In this document: positions 1 to 8,710 of the stretch, piece after piece | Numbering within the stretch: position 1 is the stretch's first letter | Layout of the letters: each line of letters opens with the position of its first letter | Source of the DNA: a virus | Virus record (IMG/VR): IMGVR_UViG_3300012533_000003 | Span: 24,493-88,492 of that record | Reading direction: 5' to 3' (one strand) | Length of the DNA: 64,000 nucleotides | Made by a program: the position numbers and the translations under genes | Notes under the pieces: model-generated | Databases searched by the model: none | What the model was told of the DNA's origin: nothing | What the model saw: the letters and a program-made list of their open reading frames with translations, nothing else

Positions 1-1
1 G

Positions 2-256
2 ATGGCAAGCATCAAAGTCTATCCGGCAAAGAGAGTCGGTGACGGATCGATTACTGGAAGTATTGGCAGCGATCTCATCTATGCTAGACGTCAAGAATAT
101 GAGCATAGAACAAAAGCATTCTATATCTTAAGGGCTCTCCAAAGCGTTCAACAAGATATGGTTGATGATCTCAATAACGGATCTGTGTTTGAAGATATTG
201 TTTTGTCAAGAAAGAAGAAACAGTCCGGATCGCTTAGGGTTGAACTAAATGGATAA
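2..256 (+). CDS. Neck/tail-completion protein (HK97 gp10-like), 5' truncated by window
   Basis: GSIGSDLIYARRQEY resembles the gp10-type G..YA..E motif; precedes tail genes. Confidence 0.45.
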   Translation: MASIKVYPAKRVGDGSITGSIGSDLIYARRQEYEHRTKAFYILRALQSVQQDMVDDLNNGSVFEDIVLSRKKKQSGSLRVELNG

Positions 257-821
257 TTTGGTTGATTTTTCTGTAAAAAGCATAGCTAAATTCATCGGAT
301 CTAATGTTCCTGGAATTATTGGATCATATGTAATTACTCCTGATTTTGATTACAACAGATCGCAATCTCCTGATGATTTTAATAAGAGCATTGTAAGAAG
401 AACTCCATACGCAGGAATCAAAATCATTATCGATGATTCTCAACCATTTTCAATTGGAAATATTTTATACAATCAAGAAATTCAATTAAGTGTTGGGATT
501 TTTGCAAATTCATATTCAGATATGATGCAGAAGACAGGCTCATTGAAACAAGCATTAAAATCTGCAAAACACCCGTCTACGAATGAACCAGGCATACAGA
601 TCTTCAATTACTTGGCTATAAGCGGAACGTATTATGAAGATGCCGGATTAATGAAAATCTCTATTGGCCAAACTGTTTATTTTGATCCTTCGGATCCTCA
701 TGAACAATCGAATATTAAATATAGATCATACACCAATGTCACTCTTGATGGATTTAAAGATAAAGATTCCGTATTGCTTGAAGGTCTTGGGAACGTTGGA
801 TTTAACGACGTCGACATCTAA
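249..821 (+). CDS. Putative tail terminator/completion protein
   Basis: 190 aa; position between neck-like gene and tail tube. Confidence 0.4.
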   Translation: MDNLVDFSVKSIAKFIGSNVPGIIGSYVITPDFDYNRSQSPDDFNKSIVRRTPYAGIKIIIDDSQPFSIGNILYNQEIQLSVGIFANSYSDMMQKTGSLKQALKSAKHPSTNEPGIQIFNYLAISGTYYEDAGLMKISIGQTVYFDPSDPHEQSNIKYRSYTNVTLDGFKDKDSVLLEGLGNVGFNDVDI

Positions 822-878
822 AGTTAGTCTCTGTATATTTCTTTGAACGCATTAACTCTAGGGCTCAAGAGCTAAATC

Positions 879-1418
879 ATGGCACTGAATCATCCGAACG
901 GTCCTGAAGGCTATGTAACCACTTTCAAAGATATTGGAAAGATGGTTGCTTTATATGAAGATATTCAAGCCGGCAATACAGGAGTTCAAGCAGATCTCGT
1001 TGCCGCTGTCTCGCAGCAAGCATATGATTACGGGACTGTGAAGTCTCTTGCGACGTTCATCAACAATATGGTGAGTGCTTCACAGAATCTTGATACTGCT
1101 GAATCGAATCTTGTTAGTGCTGTTTCGAACTATTTGACAGCCGTTACGGCTGTTGACATTAACACGACTTCGACGACTGCATCTGGAGTTATCGCAGATC
1201 TCATCGGATTGATGAATTCTGCAACTGGAACCGGATCGCCTTCAGGACTGTTTGTCCTTCTCAGCGGTCACTTCTACAACTTCTTCTGGCAAGAATACGG
1301 AATTGTGATGCCGCAAGCGAGCGGCGCTGTTCTTCTTGACGTTCACACTGCGCGTCAGATTTATAGCGGAACACTTCCTGCAACTAGAAGAATCATCGAT
1401 GATACCTACGGGCTGTAG
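879..1418 (+). CDS. Hypothetical virion protein
   Basis: 179 aa, Ala/Ser/Thr-rich, in structural operon. Confidence 0.45.
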   Translation: MALNHPNGPEGYVTTFKDIGKMVALYEDIQAGNTGVQADLVAAVSQQAYDYGTVKSLATFINNMVSASQNLDTAESNLVSAVSNYLTAVTAVDINTTSTTASGVIADLIGLMNSATGTGSPSGLFVLLSGHFYNFFWQEYGIVMPQASGAVLLDVHTARQIYSGTLPATRRIIDDTYGL

Positions 1419-1455
1419 AGGGCTCAGTAACTAGAACTTGAAATAGGAGTTAAAC

Positions 1456-2217
1456 GTGGCAGGTCTTCACGGTAAAAATGCTGAGCTTAGAGTTAGTATT
1501 TCGGAGACGGCTATCTCCGGAGTTGTTACGGGTCAGCTCGGAACTGGATCGAGCGGAAATGGAGTTGAAGAAACTCTAAATGGTATTACTAGAATCTTTA
1601 GAGCTGCTTCTGGCTCTAGAGATTGGAGATATGATAAGGATCGCACGTTAATTCAGTTCTCCAATAAAACAGCGCAAGGCCCTGCAACTCTCGTTGATAC
1701 TTCTATCGGCGTCCAGACAAACCTGATTAATTATGCCGGCGGTGGTATCCATCTCGGCCAATATCCGCTCGTCGCATCTGGCGTCTATGCGATGGCAGTC
1801 TCGATGTCGCTTACTACTGTTGGTAGCTTAGTCGGCGATGCCAGAGGGTATAGCGTTAAAGTTTCTTCCGATACAATCGATACTACGACTATCGGTGAAA
1901 CTTGGGCGACGATGGCGGAAGGCTTCCAGAAGTTCGAAGGATCGCTTGACGGTCTTTACATCAACGATTTCTGGTATAAGAACGCCACTGCAACTCTTTC
2001 TGGAATTCTCCCGAGAAGAGTTCTGAGATTTAGACCGAACCCTGCTAAGGCGACAACTTATTATCAGGGAACTGCAATCTTCCCGAGCTACGAACTTGTC
2101 GGTTCGCAAGATTCTGCGATTGAACGTAAGGCGGAATTCAAGGGAGTCGGTCCTTTGGATCTTGTGTTAAATGACGCACCGTGGTTCACTCTTAACGATC
2201 TGAGCCCTGCGTCGTAG
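1456..2217 (+). CDS. Major tail tube protein
   Basis: AGGAG RBS before GTG; SSDTIDTTTIGETW...FEGSLDGLY and YYQGTAIF...FKGVGPL typical of sipho tube proteins; followed by chaperone and tape measure. Confidence 0.75.
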   Translation: MAGLHGKNAELRVSISETAISGVVTGQLGTGSSGNGVEETLNGITRIFRAASGSRDWRYDKDRTLIQFSNKTAQGPATLVDTSIGVQTNLINYAGGGIHLGQYPLVASGVYAMAVSMSLTTVGSLVGDARGYSVKVSSDTIDTTTIGETWATMAEGFQKFEGSLDGLYINDFWYKNATATLSGILPRRVLRFRPNPAKATTYYQGTAIFPSYELVGSQDSAIERKAEFKGVGPLDLVLNDAPWFTLNDLSPAS

Positions 2218-2221
2218 TCAA

Positions 2222-2254
2222 GGCAGTAGCGATTTTGCTACTGCCATTCATTTT
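2222..2254 (+). terminator. Hairpin/probable intrinsic terminator after tail tube gene
   Basis: GGCAGTAGC-GATTTT-GCTACTGCC then ATTCATTTT. Confidence 0.6.
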
Positions 2255-2267
2255 CTGGTGGGCTCAA

Positions 2268-2666
2268 ATGACTCGTAACTATCTTTCTAAGCAGCAAATC
2301 TTCGAGCGCGCAAAGCGCCTTGTCAAAGAAGTCTATGTTCCCGCATGGGATGGAAGCGTTAAATACCTTCCAATGAACATGGACGAGCGTAGGCAGATAA
2401 GAAAGGAATGCACTAAGCTCGAAGTTGATCAGAACAGCGGAGAAACTGTTCAAGTTCTTGATGTTGAGATGTTTGAGATTTGCTCTCTTGTTTACTGCTG
2501 TCGAGATGATAGCGGAACAAAACTTCTTTTCACAAGAGACGATATTACCAGACTTCAATCCGAAGTTGCAGCCGGCGGCATTAGCACAGTTGCCGGAGAA
2601 ATTATGAAAGAGTCTGGCATCACGACAAACGTGGTCAAAAGAAGCGAAAATCCAGCTAAGGCGTGA
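2268..2666 (+). CDS. Tail assembly chaperone (gpG-like)
   Basis: Between tube and tape measure; EVYVPAWDGSV motif; ATG 2268 preferred over TTG 2235 inside the hairpin. Confidence 0.7.
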   Translation: MTRNYLSKQQIFERAKRLVKEVYVPAWDGSVKYLPMNMDERRQIRKECTKLEVDQNSGETVQVLDVEMFEICSLVYCCRDDSGTKLLFTRDDITRLQSEVAAGGISTVAGEIMKESGITTNVVKRSENPAKA

Positions 2667-2814
2667 TAAAGAACTTTATGTAATGATGCAGATCTGCGAA
2701 GATAAGCACTGTTGGCTCAAAGATCTAGACGGAGTGCCGTCGGAAGAATTTGCGCTTTGGGTTGCTTACTACGAGATTCAAGAGGAAAATAGAAAGAGAA
2801 ACGAAAACAAATAA
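2608..2814 (+). CDS. Tail chaperone extension (gpT-like) in +1 frame; reached by frameshift or ATG 2683
   Basis: Open frame absent from the ORF track: ...LRRDKELYVMMQICEDKHCWLKDLDGVPSEEFALWVAYYEIQEE; E..W.AYY is typical of gpT-like segments. Confidence 0.65.
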   Translation, partial: KSLASRQTWSKEAKIQLRRDKELYVMMQICEDKHCWLKDLDGVPSEEFALWVAYYEIQEENRKRNENK

Positions 2815-2839
2815 GAGCGGTCTTCTGGCCGCTCTTATT
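2810..2839 (+). terminator. Hairpin before tape measure gene
   Basis: AATAAGAGCGGTC-TTCT-GGCCGCTCTTATT. Confidence 0.55.
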
Positions 2840-2853
2840 GTATCGAGATATCG

Positions 2854-5800
2854 ATGGTTGTCTTAAGACATATAGTTTCGTTTACTAATGATTTTTCTCA
2901 GACTCTAAATGCTCTTTATACGCAAACTCAATCTATCACTAGTGCTTCTCTTGCTCTTGCGAATGCGAATGTTACCGCCGCTAATGCCCTTAATCAAACA
3001 GCTCAAGCCGCAGGAGTTTCTGCTGCAAGCATAAATAATGCAACTCGTTCTCTTGTTACTGGAGCTGGTGCGGTTGCGGCTATTTTTGATGTTGCGTTTG
3101 GCGGAGCAATTAAGAGCACAGTAAATCTTGAAGATGCGATGGCGCGTCTTGAGACTGTGACTTACAGTTCGACGGAATCTGTTCAAACATCTTTGAAGAA
3201 AGCTGAAAGTGCCGCTAGGACATTTTCAACTCAGTGGACTGCAAGTACGGAAGATGTTATCAAGGCCCAATTCGAACTCGCAGAAGCTGGCGTTCCAATC
3301 AAAGAACAGATTCTCGGAACTCAAGCTGCATTTAAGCTAGCAAGAGGTGGCGTTGAAGACTTTAATGAAGCCACAAAACTTCTCGCAAGCGTTCTCTTAA
3401 CTTTTGGTAAGAATGCAGAATTTGGATTTCTTGATCCTGCAACAAAGATCCAGAAGATAACTGACGTTTTAACAACGACAGTTCAAAGATTCCAGGTTAC
3501 TCTTCCTGTTCTTGCTGAAGGTCTTAAATTCGTTCTCGGCCAAGCAAATCAATTAGACATCGGACTGTCAGAACTCACAGTCACTCTCGGCATTTTAAAT
3601 ACAGCCGGATTTAGAGGTAGCATTGCCGGAACTGCTCTTGGCAACGTCTTGAATAGATTACAAAGAGCAACTGATAAACTTGATCTTGATCCAAAACAAT
3701 TCACCACGGCTGAGGGCGAAATTAAAAATCTTTCAAGTTTCTTTAAAGAACTTGGATCTTCATTAAGTGATAAGTCTCCTCTTGAAGGACAAATTAAACT
3801 TCTTGAAGTTTTTGATATCAGAGCACAAAGAATCATCAAAACGATGATTCAATCAGTCGATACGCTAGAAAAACTCTCGACAGAATTAAATGTCGTAAGA
3901 GGGTCGACTGACGATCTTGCTAAGATACTTGAAAGAACAACTTCTTCTGAATTTAAGAAGTTCCAGAATACAATTCAAAACATAGGAACTTCGATTGGCA
4001 AGTATTTCACTGAATCATTTAGAGCATTTATCAGGGTTGTAAATGATGCGATTTCTGTCATAGCTTCTATCATTGATAGGTTTAGCGGCCTATTCGCCGT
4101 AATGGCATATGTCATTACTGTTGCAGTTAACTTAGTTTCAATCATTATAATATTTAAGGCGGTCATTTTTGCTGTTAATGCTGCGGTCACTATCTATATC
4201 GCGCTAGTTGGCGCTCTTGCTGCCGTGAGTGCAATTGCAGCCGTCGCAGTTAGCGTTCTTTCAATTGTTCTTTATTCAATTGCAATAATTGCAGTTGCCG
4301 CAGTTATTGTTGGAATTGTAGTTGCTCTATATAAACTCTTCACTGCGTCTGAAAATGCATCAACTTCGATTGGCGAATTTGAAAAGAAATTACAAAAACT
4401 GAGAGAAAGCGGCGATGGAGTTCAAACCCAACTCCAGCGTATCTCTGGAGAATATCAACGTATCGCAGAGGCCGCGAAGCTTCCTTCTATTGATCTCGAT
4501 ATAGTCAAGAGTCCGATTGAACTCAATAAGACAACACGAGATCTGACAGAGCTTCAAAGAATTATTTCAAAGAATCAAGCCAGTAGCCTCCTAAACATTG
4601 ATGTTTCTGAAGTCGACAGCATATTCAAGAGTTTTGAAAGACTTCAAAGCGTTTTTGATCCGACGTTCGCGAAGCTTTCTCAAGTTGAGAAATTCTCACA
4701 GTTTTTCAGAATGCTTGCAAAGGGCGCTCAACAAGCGACCTTAACTATCTCTGGTGGAAACGAGCAATTAGCTGAGAGCTTCAATGTTATCTTCGACGCA
4801 ATTGGAAAAGTCAACAATCTTGATATAACTCCAATCGGAAATCAGTTGCGCCTTGAGGGCGGAAAAGAGATTTTCGAAGCTCTTGTTCAAGGCATTAAAA
4901 ACTTTCAATCGTCTGGCTCAATTGTCAAACAGACAAAAGACGAAATTGAAAGTTCGCTTAAAGCTCTTGCCAACAGCGGAAAAACAATTGAAAGCTTTCT
5001 TGATACCAGTGCAGGTCAAGAAAATCTCAAGAAGCTTGTCAATATTTTTGAAGAATATCAAAAGAAAGTTCAAGAAACTACTGCAATCGAAGGTCTTGCG
5101 AAGGCCTCGACAGATAACTTTAGCAATTCTTTAAGTCGTCAAGTTTTTGCTTTTGAACAAATCAGTAAATCTCTTGACAATTATAGAAAAGGCGGAACGG
5201 ATTTCAATAGATTCCAGAAGAGAAGCAATGAGTTAATTGCCGATCTTAACATAGAGCTTCAATTAATCCCTTCTCGTGTTGCAGAACTTGAATCAAATCT
5301 TAGAAAATTAAAAGAATCAACCGCAGGCGGAAGCGTTGAAATAAAGAAACTTGAAGAAGATTTAAAGAAGCTAAGAGATACTGAAGATGAAATCGGCGGA
5401 AAATTAAAGTCAGTCGAGTTCCAGATCGATACCGCGTCAGCATTTAAATTGCTGACAGGAATTACTGATAAGGTCAGCGAAGAAGGGAAGAGATCAATTG
5501 AAAAACTTGGAAATGATTTTGCGACAACTATTAAAAATGCGGTGATCAAAGGATTTTCTGGCGGCAATATATTTGAAGAAATTTCAAGACAAGCAAGGAT
5601 TGAGTTTGCGACTGCATTCAGCAGTTCGATCGGCCTTGCAATCGCTGGACCTCTCAAAGAGCAGATGCAGATCATTACAAATGAATTCAATAAATCAATT
5701 GAGTTGAATCCTCAATTCAAGAAAGATCCTGCCGCCGCAGCTCTTGAATTTAAAAAGATATTTGAACAATTTGCTACGCCTGAGTTGAAATCGCTAACAG

Positions 5801-6531
5801 GCGGCGGTGATCTGTTTGGAAATCTTGAAGCACAAAATAAATCCCTTGAAGATTTTGCTAGTAATTTAGCTAAGATTCAAGTCGGCGTTCTGACAAGCTC
5901 TGCAACAGTTTCCGGCACATTAAGAGAACTTCAATCAATAATTCAAGCGGCTCCTATTCAAAGCCTCGGTCTTGATCAACTTGAAGCAAGATCGACAAGA
6001 CTTGTTCAATTATTGAGCAGCGCTCCGAAAGGTGCAGGAAAGTTTATTGAAGATGAACTTGAATCTGTTTTCAAGAGAATAAACGAAATCAAGCTCGGAA
6101 AATCTGGTGCAAGTCAAATCGATCAGGCCGTTAATGGACTTAAAACCGGCGCAGAAACAATCGGCGGCGTTGTTAGCATTAGTGCAGATAGGCTGAGAAC
6201 GGCCCTTGTCGACGGCGGTAGGTTGCTTGGGGATAGTATAGGCAACGCTGCTCTCGCGCTCGAGAATGTATTTAAGAATGCGAATCTCGCCAACTTTACG
6301 GGCAGCCTAACTAGCCCAAACCAAAACAAGCAAGTCGAAATCAAAATTGGCGAGAGAAAACTAAACGTCGATGTCACTGTTACAGGCTCTGGCGGATCTT
6401 CTTCAACAGTAACTCTTGATGATAGAGAGGTAAGAGATATAATTAGCGAAGTTGAAAAGAAACTCCAGCTTCAATTAAAAGAAGATATTAGATATCTTGA
6501 AGAACGTTTGAGAAATTCTTTGAGGAGATAA
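2854..6531 (+). CDS. Tail tape measure protein (TP901-type core)
   Basis: 1225 aa, helical, GILNTAGFRGSIAGTAL motif, long hydrophobic stretch, canonical position. Confidence 0.9.
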   Translation: MVVLRHIVSFTNDFSQTLNALYTQTQSITSASLALANANVTAANALNQTAQAAGVSAASINNATRSLVTGAGAVAAIFDVAFGGAIKSTVNLEDAMARLETVTYSSTESVQTSLKKAESAARTFSTQWTASTEDVIKAQFELAEAGVPIKEQILGTQAAFKLARGGVEDFNEATKLLASVLLTFGKNAEFGFLDPATKIQKITDVLTTTVQRFQVTLPVLAEGLKFVLGQANQLDIGLSELTVTLGILNTAGFRGSIAGTALGNVLNRLQRATDKLDLDPKQFTTAEGEIKNLSSFFKELGSSLSDKSPLEGQIKLLEVFDIRAQRIIKTMIQSVDTLEKLSTELNVVRGSTDDLAKILERTTSSEFKKFQNTIQNIGTSIGKYFTESFRAFIRVVNDAISVIASIIDRFSGLFAVMAYVITVAVNLVSIIIIFKAVIFAVNAAVTIYIALVGALAAVSAIAAVAVSVLSIVLYSIAIIAVAAVIVGIVVALYKLFTASENASTSIGEFEKKLQKLRESGDGVQTQLQRISGEYQRIAEAAKLPSIDLDIVKSPIELNKTTRDLTELQRIISKNQASSLLNIDVSEVDSIFKSFERLQSVFDPTFAKLSQVEKFSQFFRMLAKGAQQATLTISGGNEQLAESFNVIFDAIGKVNNLDITPIGNQLRLEGGKEIFEALVQGIKNFQSSGSIVKQTKDEIESSLKALANSGKTIESFLDTSAGQENLKKLVNIFEEYQKKVQETTAIEGLAKASTDNFSNSLSRQVFAFEQISKSLDNYRKGGTDFNRFQKRSNELIADLNIELQLIPSRVAELESNLRKLKESTAGGSVEIKKLEEDLKKLRDTEDEIGGKLKSVEFQIDTASAFKLLTGITDKVSEEGKRSIEKLGNDFATTIKNAVIKGFSGGNIFEEISRQARIEFATAFSSSIGLAIAGPLKEQMQIITNEFNKSIELNPQFKKDPAAAALEFKKIFEQFATPELKSLTGGGDLFGNLEAQNKSLEDFASNLAKIQVGVLTSSATVSGTLRELQSIIQAAPIQSLGLDQLEARSTRLVQLLSSAPKGAGKFIEDELESVFKRINEIKLGKSGASQIDQAVNGLKTGAETIGGVVSISADRLRTALVDGGRLLGDSIGNAALALENVFKNANLANFTGSLTSPNQNKQVEIKIGERKLNVDVTVTGSGGSSSTVTLDDREVRDIISEVEKKLQLQLKEDIRYLEERLRNSLRR

Positions 6532-6532
6532 T

Positions 6533-8710
6533 ATGGCACTTCAAGGTATCCAAGTAACTTTTACAAATGGATCGAGCACATATCAATTCAAAAACGTTAA
6601 GAGCGTCACTTGGGCCGACGCATTTGATAAGAAGCTTCTTGTTGACAGCACAACAGAAGTCGGATATCTTGTCAAAACAATAACAATCCAAGGATTTATC
6701 ATTGTCCCAATAGGCATTCAGAATACTGCCGCTCAACAGACATTAGAAGATAGCCTTAAAAATATCGGATCTGGAACGTTAACATATACCGGAGTGACAA
6801 ACATTCAAAACGTAAGACTTTCAAGTCTCAGTTTTGAAGCGTATAGGGGAAACCCTGTTTGTCAATTCACAATCATATTCGAGACAAATAGCGATAATCC
6901 GCACTCGCAGAGCACGGTTGTTATCAATGGTATAACGCTTGATCCAACTCCTTCTGTTGTTGATTCAATCAAATCGCAGTCACAACATCAAGGACTTAAC
7001 AACCTCAAGTCAAGATTTTTTAAAATCTCTGGAAGGTTTAAAGGAAATCAATCTCAGGTTGCAATATCATATGCGAATCTTGTTGCCGCAGTTCAAACAT
7101 CGCAAAATCAAACCCTTGTAATAACTGTCGGTGCAGACTCATTTACTGTTGTTCCTGATTCGTTAGAATTTGAATCTCCAGAAATTGATGATACTGGCGC
7201 GTCAAGAAGATACACTTTCGCTTGTTCAACTTATGAAAATTATTTAATTGAACCTTATTCTTTTGGAGAATCCGCATACACGTTTGGAGCAATTGTATTA
7301 GATGTTCTTGAATCTATTAAGCATGATTCGAAGATCGAGCACACGACATCACCGAATCTCTTCTATATAATTGAAGAATCGATTTCAATCTCTGGCAAGA
7401 AGTATTTTTCTGACTATGCATCATATGAAACTGCCAGACAGGCTCTAAGAGAAATCCCATCTTCTACGTCTGCCGCAATACAAAATTCATTTTCTGTTCA
7501 ATCTCAAAATCAAAACTATCTCTTCTTAGAAGACGTATCGGTTTCAGATTTTAAGAGAGATGGAAATAACCCTGTTGATAATTCTTTCAGGTATAGCGCT
7601 AAACTTTCATTAGTTTGGAGATGGAGAAAGAGTCTTAATGTAACGACTTTCAACACCAATTCAACTATTCTTGGAATACTATGGCACGATGTCAAGAGCG
7701 TCAGCTTTAACTCTAGCGTCGATGATCACGGCGTTGTTACTGGAAAGAGCGTTAATATCACTGGAAGGATTCTTACTGATACTGCGTATGCAAACGCTCT
7801 GGCAAAACTTGGAACAAAAGTTGATTACGATACAAATCTAAAAGATCTATATCTCACTTCAATAAACGCAAGCTCTGTTGACGAAATCTCTTCTGGTGGA
7901 ACAAAAGCAAAGGTTTATAGCGTCAGCGTTAGCGCGAATCAATTAAGCACTCCTGCTCAATATTCTTATTTCTTATCAGCTCAATTTGCAGTCTTAAAGA
8001 CTGATACGACACAATTTACAAACTCGCCAATTATCTTCTCTTCTGTTACAAGTAGATCGAAGAGTATATCAAATAGGTTCGATTCTCTTCTCCAGAAGTT
8101 TAAGGTTACGTCAATCTCATTATCAATAACCGGGGAAGTGCATCAGGTAGATTCTGGTAGCGGAGCGCCTTCTGCTCCTTCACAAGTTGTCGCTCTTTTT
8201 GATGCAATAAACGCTGAAATTGAAGTTGGCATTGAAGCCGATAGAGTCAATCAAGCAAATTGGAAATATTTTATCAGCAATATTTCAGTTGGTAACTGGG
8301 AGTCTTTTATCCACCCAATTCTCAAGACGCTGTATTGGCGTCAAAGTGTTACGGTCAACGCGAATGTAACGTTCGATCTCGCAAGCTCTGGAGGTGGATC
8401 AGAGCCAGACTATATCGATACAACTAGCTTCATCTGGGATAAAGATGCTCCGAAGTTTGTCACATTGCAGGTTCTCGGATACGGAACTGTATTCAAGAAA
8501 ATTGGAGTTGAGCCGCAAAGAGCAACTATAAACGCAGAAAGAACATATTCTTCAAAATCCCTATACCAAGCAAACGGCTTTCCTACTGCTCCTTCATTGA
8601 ACATCTTAATCCCTCAATTCCCTTCGACAAATATGAAGATAAAAGAAACAAGAGAATCGAGAGGTCTCACAAATCGTATTACTCAAGAGTGGTTGCAGAC
8701 TGGAACGTAA
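6533..8710 (+). CDS. Distal tail/hub protein with 5-6 tandem ~120-aa modules
   Basis: Directly after tape measure; recurring (S/T)-h-x-I-(S/T/Q)-G strand plus helix pattern. Confidence 0.55.
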   Translation: MALQGIQVTFTNGSSTYQFKNVKSVTWADAFDKKLLVDSTTEVGYLVKTITIQGFIIVPIGIQNTAAQQTLEDSLKNIGSGTLTYTGVTNIQNVRLSSLSFEAYRGNPVCQFTIIFETNSDNPHSQSTVVINGITLDPTPSVVDSIKSQSQHQGLNNLKSRFFKISGRFKGNQSQVAISYANLVAAVQTSQNQTLVITVGADSFTVVPDSLEFESPEIDDTGASRRYTFACSTYENYLIEPYSFGESAYTFGAIVLDVLESIKHDSKIEHTTSPNLFYIIEESISISGKKYFSDYASYETARQALREIPSSTSAAIQNSFSVQSQNQNYLFLEDVSVSDFKRDGNNPVDNSFRYSAKLSLVWRWRKSLNVTTFNTNSTILGILWHDVKSVSFNSSVDDHGVVTGKSVNITGRILTDTAYANALAKLGTKVDYDTNLKDLYLTSINASSVDEISSGGTKAKVYSVSVSANQLSTPAQYSYFLSAQFAVLKTDTTQFTNSPIIFSSVTSRSKSISNRFDSLLQKFKVTSISLSITGEVHQVDSGSGAPSAPSQVVALFDAINAEIEVGIEADRVNQANWKYFISNISVGNWESFIHPILKTLYWRQSVTVNANVTFDLASSGGGSEPDYIDTTSFIWDKDAPKFVTLQVLGYGTVFKKIGVEPQRATINAERTYSSKSLYQANGFPTAPSLNILIPQFPSTNMKIKETRESRGLTNRITQEWLQTGT

